Shown: positions 50,401 to 61,675, counted from the first letter of the stretch. The stretch: DNA of 64,000 nucleotides from Selaginella moellendorffii (GCF_000143415.4 NW_003314293.1:1022062-1086061), one strand, 5' to 3'. Made by a program: numbers and translations. The notes: generated from the letters alone by a model not told the origin.

Positions 50401-53400
50401 TTACCGGGTATACGTGAATTCAGATGAGGATCAAAGGTGGAGGAGCATCGTTTCCTGCGGAGATGAGCAGGTCAAGAACATCTTTTGTGTGATGGACTTC
50501 ACAAACGAGGAGATCACTCATGCAGATGAAGTCAGCTCCATCATTAACTTAATGGTGGGACTTGCGGAGGTGGAATCTTCAGTCCACTATATGATCTATG
50601 ACTCCGAATCCTATCTCAAGTTCTAGAAGGCCTTGAACGAGGTGAAGGCTCGGTTGAAAGGCAAGGAGATGTAGGAGATCCATGGGATAATGGCTAAGAA
50701 GAAGATACCGACGAATGTCCGCATCTTCACACTCGCCCTTGTTATTGGTCCTGCAGCAGAGTGGGACTGGAGTGACTTCCCAGCTTCGTTCAACAAGGCC
50801 TATCGAATTGATCTGAGGGAGGTCAATTTACCCATGCCTGAGGAACTGAAGACGGCTATGGAGCTTTTGAATCCAAAGAAAGCTCCAGGTGCAGCATGGG
50901 AAATGCTCAACTGGGTCTTCAACGCAATAGCCGGTGGGTCACCTGCTTCCGACTCCAAGGGCAAATGCGTTATCGAGTACAATTGCGGCGGACTATTCTT
51001 TCGAGCCGCACTACTCAAGGGTGTCCCGTGTGTTGCGGTGACAAACTCCATTGAAGAGGTGACTTCGAAGGAGCATATAATTACAGTTGCCAAAGAAAAA
51101 CAGTATCTTCTCTGCGAACTTGGTGAGTACGCACTTTAAGTTTAAATGTTATCTCACAAGCTCTATATGCAGGAGCGTGGCCAGCCCCAGATGCTGAAAC
51201 GGCGTTAACAGCTACTGTTGAAGATACCCATGTTGGGCCGAGCTCACAACCTGCACAAGGTAAGGTCACGTGAGGCCTCACGCCATTTTGATTATAGATC
51301 GTTGTGAATATTCAGACACGAGGACTGAAAAGCGCACTGGTAGCGCGTCGAAGAAGGACAAACAGACAAGCAATAGGAAAAAAGGAGGTACAAATTATAT
51401 TTGCAATGGCGTGTGGTCTCATGCCATTCCTTGCAGGAGACACTTCTTCAAAGGCAAAACAGGCAAGCACCAACCAAGCTCAAACTGACAGTGGTCATAA
51501 AAAGCGAAAGCACGTTGGACAGTCGTCGGGATCAGAGGCGTTTGATTCGAAAAGGAAGAAGGGCAACGAAAAGATGATAGGTAATGCCTCGCGGTTATGG
51601 CGTGTGTGCTCATGCCATTCATTGCAGATCAAGGGCTGAGTGAAAGCAGCCAGTCACCACCTCCTGACTCAGATTCCTATGGCGGACTCCCCTTCCCCAA
51701 TCTCAATGGAGAGGTACAATGGATGAGGGATGCTTTTCAAGTTAGGGCCACGTTTTTCTCATCTCGTCGTCTTCGAAGGGTGCAAGAACGTGCAGAAACC
51801 ATGTTAAGACAGTCGGGTGAGGATACGGTCCTAGGTCATGCACTAAAACAGGCTATGGATGTCTTGTATTTTGAGATGGAGACTCGGCCAGATGATTTTC
51901 CCAAGATGGTCCTGGAAGAACAAGCCATCCAGCCTGAGCAGCCTATGGAAGAAATGCAGGAGGGGGATGAGGAGCTAGAGAAAGATAATGAGCAGGAAGA
52001 GCAGAAGGACGAAGAGGAGGAGAAAGAAGAGGAGGACGAAGAAGAGGAGGACGAAGAGGACTTGGATGGTCCTCACAATGGTGACGATCACAATAACGAC
52101 GACGACGATGATGACGACGATGGCCAGCCTAAGGTGGCCAAAGAGTAGCGGAGGAAGGTCATACAAGACAAACCATCAGGTAAATAATAGTACATCCATT
52201 CCTAACCTTTTACCATTTCTAACATTGTCCATGTAGGTCGCAGAGCAAATGGTAAGTAGAGATTATTCAGTTGAATTAAGATACAAACTCTAGCCTTTAG
52301 TGTCGAGGAAGGATAGTGCCAAGCAAGGGTCGAAACGTATGTCCAATCCTTCAGAATCAGCAGTGCGCCCAAGTGATATCGGTCCTAGTTCCTCAATAGC
52401 AGTTGATGGTAAATACAGTATAGTCGATTCAATGTGCTAATGAGTTTGTTTTTAGTAGCACGGGAGGATACCATCTCAATCGAAGGGAGATATTTGGACA
52501 TGCATATGGATCCGCCAGTGGACTCTACTTGCCTGCAAGAGTTATCAGAGCTGGTGGAGGCTATTATCCATATCAACGCCAAACAAGCTGACCATGCTCC
52601 ACTTGATGCTACCCATACCACTGAGTCAATCTTGTCCACGTATCCAACTGACGGTGACCAGGCGCCATTGGACCCGCATGAGGCCGCCCCAGCCGCCGAG
52701 CCGGTCGTATCCTCATTTCCAACGAACTCAACGTGTGCCCAATCGTCTGACTACGTGCCGTTGGAACCTCCCTACACCGCCCCTACTGCCTGTTCGGTCA
52801 TGTCCACTTTGCTAACGGAGGCACCAGCTGAAATGGCGTGTGATCACACGCCATCGGAACCACCCCATGCCACTGTTGAGCCAATTGTACCAGAGTCTAC
52901 AGCTGAAATGGCATGTGCCCACACGCCATCGGATGCGATTGACCCCACATTGCAGAGGAGAGTATTTCCGCCCTTCACGTTTCCTCGACCAAAACCCTCT
53001 CAACGACCATCGGGAGCACCATTCCCTAATATTGTAGATGGTAAAATTGACTTGTACCATTTTTTATGCTGACGCATTTCATTTCAGAGTTACGGCGAAG
53101 GTACTGTATCGTTTTTGATCTGAACGGTGTCCTTTTCTCCCATGAGCGTGGTTCGTCCTCGAATGTCACTGCACCCTCCAAATCCTGCGGTCGCAAGTTG
53201 GTCAAAAGAGACAGATTCACATTAATCACACGGGAGAAACTGCGGGATCTAATATTGACCATGCGACACTTAAAACAGAGGGCCGGGTTCAATTTGCAAT
53301 TGGGAGTTTGGACATCCATGATGCGCCACAATGCATTAACGTTGCTACAGATGATGCACGATCAGACGCGAATAATATTACCATTTGACTTTCTCCTAAT

Positions 53401-54392
53401 GCAGGAGGATTGCTTGACTATGGTCCATGTGAGGGGTAGCAAGCCCATCTTCGTCAAGCCAGAGGCTGTAGTGATGAACCGGACTGCTAGGTCAAATGAA
53501 ATCCTCATCATCGATGACTCGCCGATTAAAACTGCAGCGAACACGCACACATATGCAGTGCACCCCATCTCTTGCAGTATGGAAACTAGGGAGAAGAAAC
53601 CATATGTTCTGGGGGACCTTGCAAAACGGCTTGGAGCGATGGTGATAGAGAACCGGCCAGTCTAGGAGGTGGCTGCAGAAATCAACCAAATGGCAGATGG
53701 AACGGTATATCAGAAGCCATTTGATCGGACAGACACCAGTCATCATTTATGGCATGTATATTGTCTAGCCAAGCACTATCCGCATCTCCATAATCTGCTC
53801 AACCAGATGGGTTCTTCGACCACTGAACATGAGCGTGGACGTATTAGAGAAGAGATGGCATTACTATTGGGTTTAAATCCTGATAGTGTGGAGAGTGATG
53901 AAATTCCAAGATTATTGTATAGGCATTGGAGGCAAAAAATAACAGTCTGAGATGGCATGTATTTATTTAAAAATGTAACTTATTATGGCATGGGGTTCCA
54001 TGCCATTGTATTAATATTAAAAGACAATTCTTTGAGAGGATTTGCATTATACTAGAAGTGTTACAGCATGTTATTGGAAGTCTACGAAGTTGTTTTATTA
54101 ATAAGGGGAAAGTAAAGATTGAATGGGGACTTGGGCTCCACCTAGACTCGGAGCAACTGAGCCAATATTAAAAGGATGGAAAGAAATTGGACGACGATGA
54201 CAAGGAGAAGAGAGAGGTGAAGCAGTGGCAGGAGGAGGAGAAGTGATTGAGTAGACATTTCCTTGTTTAAAATAAAATGGCATGTGCCTCAATGCAGTTG
54301 AATTTTGTTATATTTATATACTATATAAAGGTTTGGAAACCTTATTTTACAAGTGGGATAATGACAATTCCCACTTTAACGAAATAGAGCTT
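47407..54392. mobile_element. Sola-like transposon copy 2: left half missing, full cargo gene and right TIR retained
   Basis: Starts abruptly in spacer sequence (GATCAAGATGCTTC, compare ~10956). Ends TCCCACTTTAACGAAATAGAGCTT, identical to copy 1's right TIR. Confidence 0.88.
48325..53950 (+). pseudogene. 11-exon cargo gene (~1640 codons): ParB/Srx-like domain, degenerate N6/N4-MTase-like fold, acidic tract, FCP1/NIF-type HAD phosphatase
   Basis: Exons 48325-48327, 48567-49744, 49799-51122, 51173-51259, 51316-51387, 51437-51580, 51628-52179, 52237-52251, 52301-52408, 52456-53040, 53088-53950. All 10 GT-AG introns keep frame. One frameshift near 49050 and TAG stops at 50624, 50672, 52146 and 53663. 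Motifs: FYAVSGQHS; PKKAPGAAWEML..CVIEYNCGG..AALLKGVPCVAV; IVFDLNGVL, VWTS, LIIDDSPIK. Confidence 0.8.
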
Positions 54393-56649
54393 TTATGAGC
54401 ACCCTGCCGCAACGAAAAGAGGTCAACAAGTAGCTGACTTGTGGGTTTTTCCTCAACGAAACATTCTCTGAAAGAAGCAAGTAGTGTCTAAAAGTCTGTT
54501 CGGTCCTCTAGGAGGAGAGAATCTACCCAAGTTGCTGCTTTGCCTTCAAGAGACTGCAAGAAGTCACGGCACATACAATCATCATCGACGATCATGTTTG
54601 TGGTGCAGTAATAATCAAAATGACTGATATGTGATGTTGGAGAGACTGTTTTAACACCTAAGAAGGTCGGCAGATCACTCCCCTTCTGCAAAACATGGAG
54701 CTGAGGTCAAGCTAAAAGTGGCTGTGCCATAGCTCATAGATTTAAGTCACTAGAATTTGCAAGAGGACTTGGCTTGAGAAGGTGTAGTGTCATACCTAAA
54801 CTGCCTTTGGATGTTAGAAAGTTTACTTCGTACCTTAGGGCCTTGAGCTATGGTAAAAGGGTGCCAATTTGTCGCACATCTAGTTTGTACCGGCATCAAA
54901 TACCCTGAACACTGTAAATGCCCAGCCAAGGCAACTGGGTTGACAGAAGCAGGAAGACTGTAGACTTGTGCTCAAGCCACTCAAAGTTGCCTAAAATGCT
55001 TGTGACAAAGAGAAATAAAGGTCGAAATGGAAAGAGATGTAAGCCACAAACACACGTAACCATTGACCTGTAGGGTAACTGCCGGAGTAACTGCTGGAGT
55101 AGTTGCTGGAGTAGCCGCTGGAATAGCCGGTAACCGGTAACTCGTAACCAATAACTAGGGACCTGTAACCTGTAACCGGTAACCCCTTGCTCTCACTCCT
55201 ACTTCTGCGTCTGCTCCTACCGTCCTTGTTCCTACGCCAACTCTTGTTCTTGCTCCTCCTATTCTTGTTCCTACGCCAACTCTGTTCTTGCTCCTCCTGT
55301 TCCTTGAAGATTGCTTCGTTTCCAAGGAACTCCCAACAAAGTTTAGCCCGAAAGAGAAAAATGAGTGGGTTCGTTGGAAAGGGCTTAGCCCTATCTACCC
55401 TCTATTGCAGGAATTTATGAAGAAACTGCCTTAATATTCCCCGAAATCCAAGAAGAGGTAGCCCAAAACACCAATATTGTGGAAAAACATGTGCATGTCA
55501 CTGATGTAGATCGATATTAAGGCATTGTTAGTATTTTCAAAAAGCCTAGGACCAAGAGCACCTCTAGAAACAAACAGCATCCAAAACAAAGCCTGGAATA
55601 GCATAAATTCCTACTACAAAGATGACCCAATCTAGCCGGAGAAGAAAATCCTTTTGCATGCGGCCAATTTGGCCAAATCTAACACCAAGAATCACCACTA
55701 CTCATAGATCCAGGCCAGATATACAAGCCCAAATGCACTACTTTGAGAAATTGGGCTGAGGATTTAGCCCTAAACTGTTTTTCAAATCGAGCCAAGAAAC
55801 GTTGTATTTTTTCAAATATTGCACGGCTTGATGAGCGCCATACCTTCCTAGAAAGAGGAGCTCCAAACCTATCTAACACGCCCAAGATCAAACAAAACCA
55901 CCGCAAGACGAACAAAGAATTCCTTCCCAAAGTCTGCAACCAAAAGAAAAAGAGAGAAATGACACATCAAAAAGTGTTATGCGTCATGCTAGGTTCACCA
56001 TTTGTTGGGGGAAGGAAGGGCCCTAATTCTTGCTCAAACACAAAAAATGCTTCAATGCCCTTCACAAAAATGCCCCCCCTCCCACTGCCCTTTTGGGGCA
56101 AGGGTTTTATACAAGGAAGATGGGGAATATTCCTTCTCTCTCTCTCACTCTCTCGGTGGCCACACTCTAACAATAGTTAGCAAGGATCTTGTGCTGGTTA
56201 GCAAACCAAACACCTCCAATGGTCTACTTTCAATGCAGGTGATGCTAAGAGTAATCATAGTGAGCCCAGCTGAAATGAAGTGTAAGAAGACAAAAAACAA
56301 AAATACACATGAAGGAAATCATTCAAGAAAGGCAATGCAAAGGCAAACCAAAGCGATTTGAAACAGAGAGAAATCAACTTTAATCATCAACATTAAAAAC
56401 TGACTAAATGAAGAATGGAAGAAAACTGACCATTTCCATTGTCTCCTGCCTCCATGACCAATTGGTATAAAATGGGGCCAAAGGATGAGCAATCCCGACA
56501 GTTGGACACAAGCAAAGCATGATCTAGCTCTGACACAGCACCAGGCCTGTTGAGAATTCTAACATAGACCAGCAGAGTTTAGTAGCAAAAAGAAAACCAA
56601 ATAAGAATGAAACTAGATATCAACTAAGTATACCAAGTAGACTTGAATA

Positions 56650-58150
56650 TGATCACAAGAAGTAGTGGCTACCGTTTATCGGATTTGGCAATGCATGTCC
56701 TGTGAGCTCTGCAAGACGATAAGAGTTAGTACCTACAGTATGAAGTACCTGATAGGGACCAATCCAAGGAGATTGGAACTCGCATGGTGTCTAGTTGCTG
56801 CATCAAACCGCCAGACCAAATCTCCAGGCAGAAATGTCTTCCCTTGCTGGCGAGAATGACCCAAGGCAGCCTGATGTGATATCTGAATACGCAACATCAC
56901 AAGCTCTCGATCCTCATCCTGTTCCGCTTGCTGTGTAGTGGAAGTGACTGATGTTGACGAAGATGGATCCGCTTCCTCTGTAGAGACTCTATATGTTGGC
57001 AAGCACAGCTGGATCGGCAACAGTGCCTCAAGGCCATACACGAAACGAAATGGTGTAAAACCTGTTGGCAGCTTCTCTGTTGTACGATATGACCAGAGGG
57101 CATGAGGCAAGAACAATGGCCAGGATCTTGGATTATCTTGGACCAGCTTCTGAAGGATAGGCTTCAGTGATTTATTCATGATCTCTGCAATACAAACTTG
57201 ACTTCAAGTGTGAAACTCCCAGCTTCTGGACCAATTCAGCCACTACTGAGCCAAGAAAGTGTGATCCACAACCGGACAGGAGGATACGAGGTACTCCGAT
57301 ATGATAAAGTGTCCTGTGGTAACTTCATCTGCTGCGCACAGGAGATCGCCTCAACCCATTTGGTAACAGTCAGTATGTATGCATGATGATTAGAAGCCAA
57401 TGGGAAAGGTCCTGCGTAATCAAGGCTCCACCTTGAGAATGGTGCCTCTGGTGCAATAGGATGTAATGGGAGCTTTCCCTTCAGGTGGACAACCTCAAAT
57501 CGCTAGCAAGGTTGGCAGCGTTGAACAAAACGAAGACTATCCACATATAGAGTCAGCCAGAAATAGCCTGCCTGCAACACCTTTTGCTGGTCAGAAAAAT
57601 GACCACCACAGTCATGGACAGCAGCTAGCACCTTCTCTGCTTCCTCTGCATCAATGCATCGTAATAAAGTGCCACCCTCTTGTCCGCAGTACAGAATATC
57701 ACCCACTAGGAGGAATTTAGCCGCTCGCTGAAAAAGTTGACGTCATTCCCATTTTGATAAATGTGAGAAAAGAACAGCCAGTAAATCTGTGTACCAAGGG
57801 CGATGCACAACAACATATGTAGTCTCCAAACTCAGGTCAGTGTTGGAAGGGATGGCAGTGACTGCCAAAAGAGATGCCAAAGATGTGGGATTTAACACTC
57901 GTTCATTCTCTGTGAGGATGACAAAATCAAAAACTTGGAGTCCTTGCACACCGGGTGACTGAGCAGGTATGAGAGCAGGTTGACTGTGTGTGAACCACCA
58001 TTAGTGGCCAACCTTTGATCGAGTCTCCCAGATAATGTTGGAGCTTATGAAAAATCGCTGCACAATACTGCTCAACTTTGGGCTTGGCCAACTCTGTGCG
58101 TTTCAAATTCCACCCCGTAAAATAGATTGCAGAAAATGCAGATGAAAGCA
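56650..58150 (-). mobile_element. Degenerate non-chromoviral Ty3/Gypsy RNase H-integrase remnant
   Basis: LLRCIDAEEAEKVLAAVHDCGGHFS..AGYFW; ILQKLVQDNPRSWPLFLPHALWSYRTT..TGFTPFRFVYGLEALLP. Confidence 0.8.
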
Positions 58151-60553
58151 TCATAAGTTGTGGTTGATACAAGGCTTGCAGCAGTAGAATCAATTCAAGA
58201 GGGGCAATCTTCAGCAGCAACTAGTGAAGCTCATGAAGAAGATCCAATTGGATTTTTACCTAGTTTGAATTCTAAGCTTGCTTCAACTAGAGAGATACAT
58301 GATTGGAAGAGAACATTCAAGCAAAATGAGAGAAAGCTGAGAGCAAAAGGGAGGAAAGACAAGTTTGGATTGTTTTTATATGACCAAGATGGATGCACTC
58401 ACTTCAAAATCATTTGTTAGGTGTGTGGAACTTTTTATGGAGGAGACCTGAAAGACATTACAATTTCATTTCAAAGCACTGCAGTGGAGCTAGGCATGAA
58501 GCAAACTACACAAAAAATCAGCTGCAGCAAGAGAAAGATGATCGGGAAGAAGCTAACGTGGAAAGTCCTGTTGAAGGTGCTAAACTTGCTAGTCATGAGG
58601 AAATAAAAAATGAAGTGGAGAAGCTGATAAATGGAACCATGGAAAGGTTTTGCAATGAAAATAACATTCGCTTCACTCTCTACCAACCAAGTGTAGGAAA
58701 TTTTGAGAGGAGGAATAACATTCAAGTTTGTTGTGAGCATTGTGAGAAAACGTTAATGTTTTTTCCTCCTGCTGAGATTCTCTTGAACAATCTGATGGTT
58801 CACATTTCTGGGAATAAGCACAAGAATGCTGGCCGAGAAAGAAGCACTAGAGGTCAGCCAGCTAAAGTTGCAAACACTAACAATAAACAAGGAAACCTCC
58901 TTAGCTATTTCACACAAAGTAAGAAATTGTATTCCAGTTTTTGTAAAGTAATAATGTGTATTGTTTAAATTTGTTAAGGAAAAGGAGTCCTGTCAAGTAG
59001 TTCTTCTTAGAACTTCATAGCATCTCTAGATGAGTCTTCAAAGTAAGTAGCATTTCATATGCTTTACATAGTGTGATTGCTTGTATAGTGTGATCTATTG
59101 TATGTTGATAGGAATTGAAAGACTTTGCTTTGGATACTGGAAAAATGATTAAAAATACAGCTTGAGTTTTGTGAATGTTCATCCTCTTCTCCAAGATGTA
59201 AAAGAGGGAGGTCGTTGGTTCTGTGATCCAAACTTCAAAGCAGCAGCAAATGGTGTTATTATTAATAGAACATTCAGATCAAAACAGTGTCTAAGAGTGA
59301 CAAACAACATTTGTGGATTCAAGAACAAGCAGTGCAAGTATTTTATGACAGTACCAGCTTGTAGTGACTTCAAAGGATATGCTTTATGGGAAAGCAAAGT
59401 GACAATACCACAAGGATAAAGATTGAAGAGGCGTGGAATGAGACTTGACTACATGACTACAGCTGAGAACATAGATATAGCAGTAGGCTAGTGCAAGTGG
59501 AGAATAGAAAGTTGCCATTGGAACTATTGACCATAAGATGCAGGATAGCAGCTCTTTCAATTCATTGCCGGAGCTTAAAAGAAGGAAAGCACCATTTGTA
59601 AGGATATCAGAAAATTCAACTCTAACCTCAAACAAGCTTGGCAACAAGGCAAATTTAAGGGCAAAGAGATAGTTCTTCACGTGATGTAAGATTTGCTGTA
59701 GGGAATAACCAGGAAAAAACAATATTTATCTAAATTTTTTTCCTTACGCTCTTTACACATTGAAACCACGAAATGGATTTTTGCAAGTAACAAAAATGTG
59801 AGGGGGGGAGCGGGTTTAAAACTTCCTTCACTTGAACCTTGGATTGCCAAGTTTGTCAACAATAAAGCGTGACATGAAAAAAAACTTCAGATACACAATA
59901 GGTTTGCAATCTGAGATATTTTTGAACCTTTCTAAGGTTTACAAGTTCAAGATGGAGAGTTTACAGCTTGAGCTAGGGAAAACTGTTATTAAAAGGATGA
60001 TCAGATGGATTGCTCATGATGATGTTTTGCTCGGGTTTTGTGGAAAGAAGGGGGAGGGTCACAAGTGTGTGAATGGTTTCGTCATGAAAGTTGGGAATGG
60101 AGAAGCAGGTTATGAACAGATCACTCACGTGTTTGGTTCTTTCTATTTAGCTTACTTGTAATCGGTTTACAGCTTCAGATGTTCAAAAACTATGGAACTT
60201 GATCCATCAAATATGGGGACAACATCTTCACAATGTTGTTGGCCCCTTGATTGGCCATTCATCAGATGGAGATTAGAGATGGCATAGACTAATGCTTGAA
60301 GACATGAGTTTGGGGGATACAGCAACAGGAACTTAACTCTGTACCTTGGTTAGGGTGGCTATTTTCTGGAAAGTGGAACTCAATAGGGAACCTTCTGATA
60401 CATGATCAAGACTATGTGCGTAATGGGAAGAAGCTGACCAATCCATTGCATAGTGCAATAAGATAACTGTTTCTAGGAGATGAGTTTGTGCATTTCAATG
60501 ACATTTGGGAAGTTTTTGAAAACTTTCATAGTAAACACAGACTGCAACTCGGG
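58150..60553 (+). pseudogene. Degraded DNA-transposase-like gene (possibly P-element-related) with N-terminal C2H2-like fingers; truncated by the MULE
   Basis: CCEHCEK...HISGNKH; NLGLPSLSTIKR; LLGFCG; fragments GPLIGHSSDGD and HDQDYVRNGKKLTNPL across stops and frameshifts. Confidence 0.45.
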
Positions 60554-60730
60554 GAGCCTGGGTAGGTTTTGAGCTCATGAGCTCACGAGCTGAGCTCACG
60601 GCCTCTTAAACATAAGGGAAACATTGGTTCGTCCCGAACCAACATCTTTTCATTTTTCAAATTTTGATTTAATCTATATTTCTAAGTAAATTCGACCAAT
60701 AAAATACAAATATAAATATAGATCTGAACA

Positions 60731-61675
60731 CTAAAAGCAATCGAAAAACANNNNNNNNNNNNNNNNNNNNNNNNNNNNNNNNNNNNNNNNNNNNNNNNNN
60801 NNNNNNNNNNNNNNNNNNNNNNNNNNNNNNNNNNNNNNNNNNNNNNNNNNAAATATACCTTTCCCCTGTTCTCCCGCTATGTAAAATCTAGACAAGTACA
60901 TAATGGATTTTCGCAAAGTTTGATAGTGTAGCTCGTACCCTTTGATGACTTAGTCATAATAACAAACTCCTTAGCCACAGCACTGATGTAGTTTGTCTTT
61001 GTGATTGTGCACTTCAGCTCTTTTGCCAGCTTGATCTTTACTTGTGCACCTTTTGAAATGGAAGATCTGTATTGTACAGCCTTCCCATTCCTAACTGGTC
61101 GTGTATGCCAGTCTAGTGTTAATATTGGTGGCATAGCAGTACTAACAGCAACATTTGAGGAAGTCTTTAGCTTGAAACATGCTCTCTCTAGACTTTCAAT
61201 CTCTTCTTTCAAAAGATTGCAGCTTCGCTCAACAGGCCACGCCTCTAGCATAGAATCTGGCTTCAAAATAATTGAGCTGTGGATCGGCTTGTATGAGTAA
61301 CATCAGTCCCACAACAGTAAATCCAGCTTGACTGGCGGCCCTTCACTCCTAGATCTCGACAGCCCCAAAAACATGGCACTGCTGAAGTTGTCTCCTTCAC
61401 GCCACCATATGCACATCTCATTTGCCTTTGCCTCATGCTGGAAACTCGAAGAATATATTCCCATTATAGGAAGAAGGAAGCTCCTCACCTCTCATGTACT
61501 GGAACTCCTTCAATTCCAACTGTAATGATTGAGATTGCCGAAATGCCTTATCCACCGCTTCAAAAACTGGTCCAAAAGGAACACACCTACTTGTTTGGGA
61601 AGCTATGTCGGGAAGCTCATCTTTTTCATTTTCGTCACTGGAGAGAATAACAACTTCATCCTTCACTCCTTGCAC
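60731..61675 (-). pseudogene. Internally deleted MULE transposase (N-terminus, fragment, SWIM)
   Basis: ELPSSYNGNIFFEFP joins HEAKANEMCIWWREGD (equivalent to ~135-185), then the equivalent of 1570-2110 including YTIKLCENPLCTCLDF. Confidence 0.75.
60751..60850. other. Assembly gap (100 N)
   Basis: Run of n. Confidence 1.

Larger units (their letters stand above)
37621..56172 (-). mobile_element. Tat-type Ty3/Gypsy retrotransposon with an archaeal-type RNase H upstream of RT; hosts a MITE, a LINE and Sola-like copy 2
   Basis: Short LTRs 37621-38113 (containing the MITE) and 56003-56172 (TGTTGGGG...CTAACA), flanked by ATAG on both sides. PBS TGGTGAACC. gag ~54490-55370; aRH 47060-47404 (ANEAEYLAAI...GDAQLIIRQLTGEY...VPPEENFWVDRLS); RT DMFAWDY...IYPL|ESSEWVANLV...VYMDDL; RNase H; integrase 39600-40580. 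Confidence 0.85.

Noticed and set aside
49230-51122. Active DNA methyltransferase or bacterial contamination
   Set aside because: No DPPY/SPPY or FxGxG motif, and the gene has spliceosomal introns inside a TIR element nested in plant retroelements.
4389-54006. The 22-bp palindromes as a CRISPR array or bacterial REP/terminator elements
   Set aside because: Spacing is irregular (tens to thousands of bp), there are no uniform spacers or cas genes, and the context is eukaryotic with spliceosomal introns.
2227-60735. One giant element bounded by the inverted MULE ends at 2389 and 60554
   Set aside because: Each terminus belongs to its own MULE body extending outward from this interval; they are two separate copies in opposite orientation.
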